Shown here in pieces: positions 8,347-16,682 of a DNA stretch of 62,904 nucleotides. The number at the start of each line of letters is the position of its first letter. Position 1 is the stretch's first letter. A program made the position numbers and the translations under genes. Source of the stretch: Candidatus Tayloriibacteriota bacterium (GTDB lineage Bacteria > Patescibacteriota > Minisyncoccia > Phycocordibacterales > UBA10002). The stretch spans positions 1 to 62,904 of the forward strand of contig SIBZ01000003.1 of assembly GCA_009694955.1 (NCBI GenBank), written 5' to 3'. The notes below the pieces were generated by a model, which worked only from the letters and a program-made list of their open reading frames with translations, ran no database searches and was not told where the DNA came from.

Positions 8347-10050
8347 TTACTGCTTGACTGGAAGTTCAATAGTAAAGGTAGACCCTTTACCTTCCCCTTC
8401 CGACTCAGCCCAGACCTTACCCTTTTGCGCCTCGATAAGTTGCTTTGCCACGTACAGGCCAAGACCGGTGCCGAGTATGTTCGCCTTACTTGCGTCCTTC
8501 GCACGGCTGAATTTCTGAAAGAGTTTCGGAAGCACCTCGGGCTTAATACCGACGCCCGTATCGGTTATGGACATCTGTACCGTCTCCGCCCCCGTTCGCT
8601 TCACTAAGATGTATATAGAGCCCTTCGGGGTGTATTTAAGCGAGTTATCAATGAGATTCTCAACCACCTGACGGAGTTTGCCCGAATCGGCATATACCGT
8701 TATGGATGGTTCGATATCCAGCGAAAGCGAAAGATGTTTTCGCTCCACATTAGGCTTCAGTTCAATTGCCACGTCCGATACCAGTTTGCTTAAATCAAAA
8801 TCGGCAAACTCATACTTCATCTTTCCCTGCTCAATGCGGGATACGTCCAAGAAGTCCTGCACGACGACGGTAAGTGCGTCGCTCGAGTCATAAATCGCCT
8901 GAATAATATCCTCAAGTTTTTTGGGAACCGCCCCGTAGTCGCCTTCCCTCACCATCGAGGCGTAACCTTTGATAGCAGTGAGCGGACCGCGTATCTGGTG
9001 CGATGCGAGCGATACGAACTCGTTCTTCAGCTGGTCGAGTTCTGTCAGGCGTGAATTTGCGACCTCCAGTTCTTTTTCTTGCTTCTCTATTCTCTCGCGA
9101 AGGGCGATCTCCTTTTTAACACTTCGTATGAGGTTGATGCCTATTGCTCCCGTAATAATGAGTGTGATCCCCGTAAGTATACGATTTGTATTGTTCTGTA
9201 TGAAAAAGAACTGGGACCCTATCAAGATCACCAGAGAAACAATGAGTGCCTGTGCGCCGACAAGCTTTATGTCGAATGTCTTGAACTTCACAATTCCGTA
9301 GACAAACAATCCGATAAATACGGGCATTGCAAAGAGTCCAATTTGTGCGAATTGCCAATCCTCCGTAAAACTGCTTATGATATTTCCCGACGAAAAGGCG
9401 AGGAGGAGTAGTATTGTACCCGTGGTGAGTGTAAGAATTTGTCGTTTTACCTCCTGTGTCTTTGCGCTGACAAATTCCTTCACCGAAAAGCCGATAATCC
9501 ATAGCGTAAGCAGGATTTGGAGACCATACGACGCATATATAATTATGGGTGATTCTTCACTGAGACAGGTGGCAAGGTTAAAGGCGGAGAGGCTAAACTT
9601 TGTCGGTACAAGGGCAATAATGGGAAAATACAACGCTGCGAGCAGGACCTTTTTTCCGAAAGGCATGTCCTCCTTTCGAATAAGAACGTGCAGGAGATAT
9701 AAGGCACTTGTATAGACAATTGGTTCAAAGAGGATTTGCAGCGACCACACAAACATAATCATGTCGCTTCGGTTGGTTGCCCAAAAAAGCGAGTCAAGAA
9801 AAACCCATGCCGAGAATGCAAGCGTCAGACTAAAAAGTATTCGGTTTGGCAACCCTTTTTTGTTTTTGAACAACACAAAAATTCCCAGAATAAGGGAAAT
9901 AATGATGATGGGAAGGTGGGAATAGTAGACAAGGGGAGGAACATTGTCCGAAAAGAGGAGATATGTCGGACCAGCAAAATCACAAAATGCGGGATTTGAA
10001 AAAATGCGGCTAAGTAGCGAAAACATAGTTTGTGAAAAATGTCGTATCAT
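8347..10050 (-). CDS. Sensor histidine kinase with a large polytopic N-terminal membrane domain
   Basis: Multiple hydrophobic segments, then HisKA (SLASHQIRGPL) and HATPase_c (DNSLKYT, DTGVGI, GTGLGL). No response regulator is adjacent. Confidence 0.85.
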   Translation of the reverse strand: MIRHFSQTMFSLLSRIFSNPAFCDFAGPTYLLFSDNVPPLVYYSHLPIIIISLILGIFVLFKNKKGLPNRILFSLTLAFSAWVFLDSLFWATNRSDMIMFVWSLQILFEPIVYTSALYLLHVLIRKEDMPFGKKVLLAALYFPIIALVPTKFSLSAFNLATCLSEESPIIIYASYGLQILLTLWIIGFSVKEFVSAKTQEVKRQILTLTTGTILLLLAFSSGNIISSFTEDWQFAQIGLFAMPVFIGLFVYGIVKFKTFDIKLVGAQALIVSLVILIGSQFFFIQNNTNRILTGITLIITGAIGINLIRSVKKEIALRERIEKQEKELEVANSRLTELDQLKNEFVSLASHQIRGPLTAIKGYASMVREGDYGAVPKKLEDIIQAIYDSSDALTVVVQDFLDVSRIEQGKMKYEFADFDLSKLVSDVAIELKPNVERKHLSLSLDIEPSITVYADSGKLRQVVENLIDNSLKYTPKGSIYILVKRTGAETVQMSITDTGVGIKPEVLPKLFQKFSRAKDASKANILGTGLGLYVAKQLIEAQKGKVWAESEGEGKGSTFTIELPVKQ

Positions 10051-10074
10051 TGTAACATAGGTACGATTGCTTTT

Positions 10075-10467
10075 ATGTTACGTGTCAAAACTAAACTCGG
10101 ACAAAGTGAAAAGGAGGGAATCGGACTCTTTGCGGATGAATTTGTTCCCGCCGGTACCGTAACGTGGCATTTTGACCCCGAATTTGACGCTGCTTTCGAC
10201 GAGTCGGCCGTCGCGCGCGTTCCTGAACATGTTCGCGGACAGTTTCTCAAGTACTCATATTTCGACCACACACTCGGGAAATACATTCTTTGTTCCGATG
10301 ACCAGCGATTCATCAATCATTCCGATGCTCCCAATATCCTCTCGACACCTGAAAGAGATGTCGCCTCTCGCGATATCAAGCAAGGTGAAGAAATGACCTG
10401 CGATTACACCAAATACGAACCGGGCTGGTTCGAGCGAAGAGGTATCAAGCGGGAGGATTTTAAATAG
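10075..10467 (+). CDS. SET-domain protein (putative protein lysine methyltransferase)
   Basis: GIGLFA, RFINHSDAPN and GEEMTCDY motifs. ATG 10075 preferred; the track start is 10039. Confidence 0.8.
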   Translation: MLRVKTKLGQSEKEGIGLFADEFVPAGTVTWHFDPEFDAAFDESAVARVPEHVRGQFLKYSYFDHTLGKYILCSDDQRFINHSDAPNILSTPERDVASRDIKQGEEMTCDYTKYEPGWFERRGIKREDFK

Positions 10468-11436
10468 CTAGTTCAGCTTGGTGATGCGTATCTTCGCATC
10501 CTCCGGTTTGCCGCTATAGGCATACGCCAACGCAAGTTTCACCTTGTCCCCTTTTGTCACGGATATTGACGGGGATAGAGCAACGACGATTTCATTATTA
10601 AGGAATGTCGTATCATCTTTGCCGATGACTTTCCCGCTCGGTAGTAACACCTCGCTGTAGATCAGGAGGCCGTTCAGCGAACCGCTGCTTTTCGCTTCGA
10701 TTACTAGTGTTCGATCAACCGAAACGGGAGATACGGCCGAAAAGTTGATATCGTCGTACTGATGGGGGTCGGAAAGAAGCGCGTACGTCATTTCCTTGCC
10801 GCTTTCCTCGGAAGGTATGAAAAGCTCTTTGTCTTTCGGAGTGCGCGGAAAATGTGTCTCGGTGAGAGAGACAAACGAACGCATCGTTTTGGGAATGGAT
10901 ATCCCGCCCGGGCGAAGGTGACTAAGCAGATGATTCGTTATCTGCACCTGATATTCAAAAAACATTCCGGTATAGATATTTTCGCTGATGAGTACGTCCA
11001 CTTTTTCCGGAGGAGTGAAGGTCATGGCGTCATGGAGAAAGAATGTTACCGATGCGGGAGGTATCAGCCTTCTAGTTTCAAGATGTTCCTTTATTTTCTC
11101 CGCGAGTTCAAAAACGGCCGGGTTAATTTCGCATCCGTATACCTTGGCGCCGAGCGCGGCGGCACAGAACGACAGGATTCCCGTACCGATTCCCGCTTCG
11201 AGAACGCGGTCCCCCACCGAAACATTTTTCACGAGCTCTTCCATGAAAAAATTTGTCCGGCTTGCGTCATAGATGCAATGGACGGCATCAAGCACATCGA
11301 GACCCGATTTCCCGACATCCAGCGCGTTGAACCGCTGGCTTTCGGGAACATGGAAACTCTTTTCGAGGCGTTTGATAAGACCGTGCTCCCTGCAATACGC
11401 CATCACTTCGTTGTAGATTTCCTTCGTCTGTTTCAT
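10468..11436 (-). CDS. Class I SAM-dependent methyltransferase with PRMT-like architecture
   Basis: VLEAGIGTGILS motif I. VDVLISENIYTGMFFEYQ sits at the double-E-loop position. About 130 aa of C-terminal extension, as in arginine methyltransferases. Confidence 0.7.
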   Translation of the reverse strand: MKQTKEIYNEVMAYCREHGLIKRLEKSFHVPESQRFNALDVGKSGLDVLDAVHCIYDASRTNFFMEELVKNVSVGDRVLEAGIGTGILSFCAAALGAKVYGCEINPAVFELAEKIKEHLETRRLIPPASVTFFLHDAMTFTPPEKVDVLISENIYTGMFFEYQVQITNHLLSHLRPGGISIPKTMRSFVSLTETHFPRTPKDKELFIPSEESGKEMTYALLSDPHQYDDINFSAVSPVSVDRTLVIEAKSSGSLNGLLIYSEVLLPSGKVIGKDDTTFLNNEIVVALSPSISVTKGDKVKLALAYAYSGKPEDAKIRITKLN

Positions 11437-11443
11437 GGTGTCG

Positions 11444-12031
11444 TTATAAAATCTGTGCGGTGCGTGCGCGTCGGGGACGTAAAAGGAGCAGCGTTATTGT
11501 GGCATTCATTGCGAGAAGATAGAGCGGGTAAAAAGCAATGGCGAATGTCCATACGCTTATCGCAAACAGATTACAGATTCCCGCAAGCGATTCGAGCATC
11601 CATGCCGCCCGGTCTTCTCCTTCCGGCCGGAGGTATGACTTTTTTATTGTAGGAATAAGACCCAGGAAATCCATCAGGATGTTTATGGTAAGAGCCGTGA
11701 TGGCGGAATCTGAGAGATACCAAATCACCGCACCCGCAAGCGCGCCAGCAAGACATATCTTATCCAGTCTCTCCCATGTTCCCTCTCCATATCGGAGCGA
11801 GAGGACGGCAATAATCGCCGGACCCAGCACGTAACTTACCGCCACCCATATCGTGTCCCGTGCTCCGCTCGCATAGTAGCTCGCCGCAATGAGGGACCCC
11901 ACAAGGGTCAGTATCCACCATGTCGCCCGATTCGGTTTGGTCTCTCCGCGAAAAGTCGAAAAAAAGTAGAGAACGTATGCGGCAAAAGAAAGAATGCCTG
12001 CACTCATGCCGATGAGTTCGCCGTCACTCAT
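11444..12031 (-). CDS. Polytopic membrane protein, 195 aa
   Basis: ORF track. About six hydrophobic segments. 7 nt upstream of the methyltransferase gene. Confidence 0.6.
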   Translation of the reverse strand: MSDGELIGMSAGILSFAAYVLYFFSTFRGETKPNRATWWILTLVGSLIAASYYASGARDTIWVAVSYVLGPAIIAVLSLRYGEGTWERLDKICLAGALAGAVIWYLSDSAITALTINILMDFLGLIPTIKKSYLRPEGEDRAAWMLESLAGICNLFAISVWTFAIAFYPLYLLAMNATITLLLLRPRRARTAQIL

Positions 12032-12150
12032 TGTGATGCCTCGATAATCGGATAATCCTTGGCAACCATCGTCCGATAAAAAGTCAGTAACACTGAAAGG
12101 AACACAAGAATGAAGATGACAGCAATGACCGTTTTAGATTTCTTATCCAT
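12028..12150 (-). CDS. Unannotated small single-pass membrane ORF, 40 aa (MDKKSKTVIAVIFILVFLSVLLTFYRTMVAKDYPIIEASQ)
   Basis: Translated by hand; below the track cutoff. The ATG lies 5 nt after the speH stop and its TGA forms an ATGA overlap with the next gene. Confidence 0.45.
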   Translation of the reverse strand: MDKKSKTVIAVIFILVFLSVLLTFYRTMVAKDYPIIEASQ

Positions 12151-12155
12151 GCTGG

Positions 12156-12542
12156 TTAGTCGATATTGTGCTGGGGATAACGTGTTCCCCGTTTAAGGAA
12201 ATTCTGCTCAATATCCTGAAGGCCAAATTCTTTTGTGAAATAGTCGAGAATAAACTTCGTGTCCATGTCGTCCATACAGGTATAGACATCCGCGGTCAGG
12301 AAGCGCCTCTCGGGGAACGTGTGAATACTAATATGACTTTCGGCAATCAAGACAACTCCGGAAACTCCGCCGGGATCTTTGCTGTCGTTGCCCGGGAATA
12401 CCACCACTTGCGGTTCGGTAATTTTTCGCATACCAAGAAGGTCTGGCAACTCATTGAGACACCCTAAAACCAGTCCCTTGTCATTGAGTTTTTTCTTGTC
12501 GCCGCCATAGCCATCAATTGTCAGGTGTTCTCCGAAATGCAT
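12156..12542 (-). CDS. speH: S-adenosylmethionine decarboxylase proenzyme (small pyruvoyl type)
   Basis: The LIAESHISIHTFPE self-cleavage/pyruvoyl motif. 128 aa from ATG 12542 (MHFGEHLTIDGYG). Confidence 0.85.
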   Translation of the reverse strand: MHFGEHLTIDGYGGDKKKLNDKGLVLGCLNELPDLLGMRKITEPQVVVFPGNDSKDPGGVSGVVLIAESHISIHTFPERRFLTADVYTCMDDMDTKFILDYFTKEFGLQDIEQNFLKRGTRYPQHNID

Positions 12543-12588
12543 TCCGTGTTCAGTGAAAAGAAGTGTAATTAGTATACCATAAAAAGAA

Positions 12589-12641
12589 AATCCCGCCTTA
12601 AGCTCGCTCCCAAAACATTGGAGTGGGCTAAAGGCGGGATT
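12589..12641 (-). promoter_or_regulatory. Long hairpin plus T-rich tail in the speH upstream region (second terminator or attenuator)
   Basis: 11-bp stem aatcccgcctt / aaggcgggatt followed on the minus strand by ttcttttta. A TATACT box (12571..12576) lies just downstream. Confidence 0.35.
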
Positions 12642-12645
12642 CCCC

Positions 12646-12675
12646 AAAAACTAAAAATCGGTCGCATACGCGACC
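12646..12675 (-). terminator. Intrinsic terminator of the HAD/MFS unit
   Basis: ggtcgc-atac-gcgacc hairpin followed on the minus strand by gatttttagttttt. Confidence 0.6.
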
Positions 12676-12767
12676 AACTAATTTGGAGGATTCACCGCTG
12701 TTTGGGAGCAATCTGCGAGAAGTATAATCCTTTTCAGGAATTTTCGCTAGTTTTTCTGTGGATGGAA

Positions 12768-13370
12768 TTATAAAAGGCGGGTGAAATAGTTTTTCATTGT
12801 CCTGACAAAGTTCTCCATATCGGTAAAGCGTTCCGCTGTAAATCCGTGCTTGCACGACATATCCAAATTTTCCTGCTCGTCATCCCACACCAGCGTTTCA
12901 GAAGGAATTACCCCTTTGTGGATTGTAAGATGTTCCCAAAAGCCTGCATCTTCTTTCCTAAACCCGATATATGCCGAAGAAAAGACAGAATCAAAGTACT
13001 TTCCATATCCGAACTCATTCACGATATAGTCGGTACGGTATTTTTCGTTATCGGTAGCGAGATATACCTTGATTCCGCTTGAGCGAAGTTTCGTAAGCAT
13101 CGCGAGCATCTCCTTGTTATGTGAGCCTTCTTTACTAAACCAAAAATGAAGCAGTTCATCGACAGTACCCTTCCATCCCCAGGAACGGTAATAGCGTTCT
13201 AGCTCCTTTCTTAAATCTTTTTTGCCAATCGTACAATCCCGGAACACGTCGGAAAAAAATGGCGCAGTTTTGTCGCGCATGATGCCATACTCCGACGCCA
13301 GCCGGTCGCTGAACCGCTTGTCGCGCAGAATGGCCACCCCGTCTCCGTCGATAATGAGTGAGTTAATCAT
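12768..13370 (-). CDS. HAD-superfamily hydrolase
   Basis: N-terminal LIIDGDGV (DxDx motif I) and a later ATDNE segment. ATG 13370 gives an ATGA overlap with the MFS stop; the track ORF is over-extended. Confidence 0.75.
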   Translation of the reverse strand: MINSLIIDGDGVAILRDKRFSDRLASEYGIMRDKTAPFFSDVFRDCTIGKKDLRKELERYYRSWGWKGTVDELLHFWFSKEGSHNKEMLAMLTKLRSSGIKVYLATDNEKYRTDYIVNEFGYGKYFDSVFSSAYIGFRKEDAGFWEHLTIHKGVIPSETLVWDDEQENLDMSCKHGFTAERFTDMENFVRTMKNYFTRLL

Positions 13371-14638
13371 GTTTTGTGACGGGCACGATGAGGCTTCGCG
13401 GGTAATAGTGAAAACGAGATATGCCTCCGGCCGTGCTTCCGTACCACGAATTGATACACGACCCACGTGAGGAGCACGGGTATGGAGCCGATAACGATGG
13501 TAAGTGATGGGCCAACCAAGGTGTACGCGACACCGGCAAGCATCGGGCCAATTGCCCACCCAAGGTCCTGAAACAGCGTAATAACGCTCGCCACGACACC
13601 GTCGCTCGCATGCTCATGGTCGAGCGAGTGGAGCCACGACCAGAGCGAAATGCTGGCCATTTCGTCTCCCGAGGTAGCGAGAAATCCAAACAGAAGGAAC
13701 AGCCAACCGAAGTTGAAGCCAAGAAGCATTCCCGAAATCGAGAAAAGTAGCAAACCGAAAAAGATAAGCGCTCGTTTATCGCTCCTGTCTGCGAGATTAC
13801 CGAGGAGAAAGCCGAGCACGACAATCGAGAAGTCGAAAATGCCGAGTCCGAGTCCAAGGAGTCCCGCACTCGCCTGATGGGCGATGATAAGCGGTACCAC
13901 AAACCAGATACACCCGTAGAAGATGGAGCTTGAGAGCGAAACAAGAAGCAACATTCCACTCGCTGGGTTCAAGCGTTTCATCGCTCGAAGCGTGGTAAGA
14001 ATGAACTGCCTGCGGATGTAGTGGTGTTGTGTCGGAAGTTTCTGCTCTGCGTGCACCGACGTGTGGTCTTTCGGACTGAAAAACAAAAAGAACAACGAAA
14101 TTAGAAGCAGGAAAAAGATTACCGCACCCATCATTTGCGGTGTCTGTGTAAGGACAATCGGGAGCGCAGCGCTCGAAAGCACAACGCCGATGGAGCCGAA
14201 TACGTCGCGCACAGACATAAATCTGCCCGCGCTTTCTCTTGGTGCGTGGGAAAGCACATACGCGTTGAGTCCCGGTCCGAAAAACAGCCAGCCGAAAATA
14301 CTAAACAAAAGACTGAGGAGGTAGGTGATTTTTGTAAGGCCGAGCGTCAAGGAAAGCGCCGCGATAAGAAAAATCGCGGTTGTGATTTTCAAAAAGCGGA
14401 GATATCCGAACCGGTCGAGCAAATGTCCCGCGGGGACATCAAGCAGAAGCTGTACAACAGAACAGCCTCCCATGAGAATTCCCACAAGCCACAACGGAAA
14501 GAATTTCTCCCCAAGCGGGGAAATCAGCGAGTAGTGCAAACCGCCTCCGAATTTGAAGAGAAGTAGAAAAAACCAAAACGGGAGAAAACCCGTGAAGATA
14601 TATGAAAGCGAACGAGTTTTGGCTAAGAGCCTGTTCAT
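13367..14638 (-). CDS. MFS transporter
   Basis: 423 aa with about 12 hydrophobic segments and a GHLLDRFG-type loop motif. Confidence 0.85.
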   Translation of the reverse strand: MNRLLAKTRSLSYIFTGFLPFWFFLLLFKFGGGLHYSLISPLGEKFFPLWLVGILMGGCSVVQLLLDVPAGHLLDRFGYLRFLKITTAIFLIAALSLTLGLTKITYLLSLLFSIFGWLFFGPGLNAYVLSHAPRESAGRFMSVRDVFGSIGVVLSSAALPIVLTQTPQMMGAVIFFLLLISLFFLFFSPKDHTSVHAEQKLPTQHHYIRRQFILTTLRAMKRLNPASGMLLLVSLSSSIFYGCIWFVVPLIIAHQASAGLLGLGLGIFDFSIVVLGFLLGNLADRSDKRALIFFGLLLFSISGMLLGFNFGWLFLLFGFLATSGDEMASISLWSWLHSLDHEHASDGVVASVITLFQDLGWAIGPMLAGVAYTLVGPSLTIVIGSIPVLLTWVVYQFVVRKHGRRHISFSLLPAKPHRARHKT

Positions 14639-14773
14639 AATCTACTGCCTAGGTAAAATGTCCAAAATTCGTCGCGAAAATTTTGGGCATTTCGGTGAGC
14701 AAGGAGATATTCCCCGCCCGCCCCGCCCGAACGACTGATATCGTTCAGTCGGGCGGGCTGACTTGCATATGTG

Positions 14774-14845
14774 TGCTCCTGGCTGGAATCGAACCAGCAT
14801 CGTCTCCTTCGGAGGGAGATATCCTATCCATTGAAAGACAGGAGC
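14774..14845 (-). tRNA. tRNA-Arg (anticodon CCG)
   Basis: Hand-folded cloverleaf. Acceptor GCTCCTG/CAGGAGC, anticodon stem TCTCC/GGAGA with loop CTCCGAA, T arm GCTGG-TTCGATT-CCAGC. CCA is not encoded. Confidence 0.85.
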
Positions 14846-15007
14846 GTCAGACACCTGCCCGACACGCTTCGCTGTCGTTGCGGGCGGGAGTCGGCAGGTA
14901 TCCATTGAACGACAAGGGCAACAGAAGCAGTATAAAGTATTAAGTAGAAAGTATAAAGCTAAAACCAACAGGGCTTTTTCTCCCCTTCACTAACTACTTT
15001 CTACTTA

Positions 15008-16090
15008 CTAGATTCCCTGCTTCTTCAGCTCCTCTATAAGCTTCTTGGCATCCCTTGAGAGTTTACTCGGAAGGTCAATGACGATTTTGATGAGTAGGTC
15101 GCCACGGCGAGTGCGGTCAATCGGAACACCTTTGCCTTTCAAGCGGAGGAGTTCACCGTGCCGGATACCTTCAGGAATTTTAACGGTAACGTTGCCGTCC
15201 AGTGTTTCAATCGTATATTCATCGCCAAGAAGCGCGCTCGAGAGCTTGATGGAAAGGTCCATAAGAACGTTTGTTCCCTCGCGTCTAAAGTGCTGATGTC
15301 GCGTGACGTGCACCTTTACGTAGAGGTCGCCGGATGCGCCGCCCTGAATCGCCTCCCCCGCTCCGGTAAGGCGTATGACTTCTCCGTCTTCAATACCTAT
15401 CGGCACTTTGACCGATATTTCCTCCTGCTTGCGAATGACTCCCGCGCCATGACAGGTTCCGCACTTTTCCGCGGGGGCCTGACCTCGTCCCTGACAGGTA
15501 TCGCAGGTTCGTGTGGTTTGGACCGAACCGAAAATGGAGCGCTTCGTCTCGCGAAGTTTTCCCTTGCCGTTGCAGGTCTTGCAGGTTTCCATCTTGGTCC
15601 CCGGCTTCGCCCCGTTTCCTTTGCAGGTTTCGCATGCGGACGTCTTGTTGATAAGCATTCGTCGCTCCGTGCCGAAAATAGATTCGGAAAAGGAAAGCTC
15701 AATGTCCACGGAAATATCGCGGCCACGTCGTACACGCTCACGCTGTCCGCCGAAGAAATCGCTGAAGATGTCACCGAGGTCAAATTCAAATCCATTTGCG
15801 TTACCGCCAAATCCCTGTCCGGAAGCAAAGCCGCTGAAGTCAAAGCCTTCGGGTCCCTGCTCTCCGCCGCCAGCTCCGCCAGAAAACACGCGGCCGTACG
15901 CGTCGTACTCGGCACGCTTCTTTTCATCGGAAAGCACGCTGTAGGCCTCGTTCGCTTCTTTGAACTTGGCCTCATCTCCGCCTTTCTTATCGGGGTGATA
16001 TTTATGCGCCAGCACACGAAACGCCTTTTTGATGTCGTCCGCTGTGGCGCTTTTGGTTACGCCGAGAAGTTCGTAGTAATTTTTGCTCAT
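15008..16090 (-). CDS. dnaJ: Molecular chaperone DnaJ
   Basis: J domain with HPD (KYHPDKK), G/F-rich region and four CxxCxGxG zinc-finger repeats. Confidence 0.95.
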   Translation of the reverse strand: MSKNYYELLGVTKSATADDIKKAFRVLAHKYHPDKKGGDEAKFKEANEAYSVLSDEKKRAEYDAYGRVFSGGAGGGEQGPEGFDFSGFASGQGFGGNANGFEFDLGDIFSDFFGGQRERVRRGRDISVDIELSFSESIFGTERRMLINKTSACETCKGNGAKPGTKMETCKTCNGKGKLRETKRSIFGSVQTTRTCDTCQGRGQAPAEKCGTCHGAGVIRKQEEISVKVPIGIEDGEVIRLTGAGEAIQGGASGDLYVKVHVTRHQHFRREGTNVLMDLSIKLSSALLGDEYTIETLDGNVTVKIPEGIRHGELLRLKGKGVPIDRTRRGDLLIKIVIDLPSKLSRDAKKLIEELKKQGI

Positions 16091-16277
16091 ATTTTTGACA
16101 CGTGTACCGTGACTGCTTTCAATTTTACGATATGAGAATAGTCTAAAGAGTTATGATTCAAGATGCAAGTACTAATGGTGCTGGTAAAGTGACAACCTCA
16201 AAGTCTTGTGTTAATCTGGTTTTTTCGGTCAGTTCATTCACCAAAACAAAGGCCGTAGAAAGGACGGCAAAAGAGTT

Positions 16278-16508
16278 ATGCATAAACCTCTGTCATCAGG
16301 TGCTCTTCGAATCCACAACCGACGGGCAGTCGCACGAATGTTTGGACCTCGATTCACAAGGGCGCAATTAACGGCCAAGTGGCGGCGCACTGATAAACTC
16401 TGGAAGCACCTTCTAGAGGTGGCAGGGAGATCTCGTAAGCCTCGGGCATTGGAACGTTTTCAGCGGGCATTGGAACGTTATAAGTCGCAGACAGCCACGC
16501 AGGCCTAG
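16278..16508 (+). CDS. Possible small, very basic protein, 76 aa
   Basis: ORF track. Ends 45 nt before a plus-strand terminator. Arg/Lys-rich with no recognisable family, and it could equally be non-coding. Confidence 0.3.
   Translation: MHKPLSSGALRIHNRRAVARMFGPRFTRAQLTAKWRRTDKLWKHLLEVAGRSRKPRALERFQRALERYKSQTATQA
16443..16479. repeat. Tandem direct repeat, 2 x 16 nt (cgggcattggaacgtt) with a 21-bp period
   Basis: Exact copies at 16443..16458 and 16464..16479. Confidence 0.9.
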
Positions 16509-16552
16509 CCGAAACATTGCGTCAAATATTTCGCCGCCGTCTCTCGGCAACA

Positions 16553-16589
16553 GGCATTCTCCCATCAGCGGAGAGTGCCGGTTTTTTTT
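16553..16589 (+). terminator. Plus-strand intrinsic terminator inside the dnaK-dnaJ gap
   Basis: ggcattctcc / ggagagtgcc 10-bp stem (one G-U pair) followed by T8. Confidence 0.65.
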
Positions 16590-16682
16590 ATTCACACTAC
16601 CCCATCTCAATCCTCCCCTCTTCCGCCAAAGGACGGATCCGCCTCAGGCGGAAAAAAGGGGAAGAAACGAGAGAGCGGGAAA

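Noticed and set aside
15158-16135. 325-aa plus-strand ORF (and similar long antisense ORFs at 10762..11652, 13363..13959, 15397..16017, 17500..18129, 26500..27231, 28454..29266, 39385..39999, 52331..52879 and 59923..60674)
   Set aside because: They lie entirely antisense to, or out of frame within, strongly supported genes (dnaJ, methyltransferase, MFS, dnaK, ASKHA ATPase, alaS, leuS, atpA, membrane protein). Their composition is low-complexity and Arg/Ser-rich, which is typical of shadow ORFs.
16443-16479. Possible CRISPR array or mini-array
   Set aside because: There are only two 16-nt copies, separated by a 5-nt spacer, with no cas genes. It is a simple tandem repeat.
16091-16682. tmRNA, RNase P or 6S RNA in the dnaK-dnaJ gap
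   Set aside because: There is no tRNA-like 3' domain, no alanine-resume tag ORF ending in hydrophobic-AA-stop, and no P4 consensus. It is kept only as an unassigned transcript unit.
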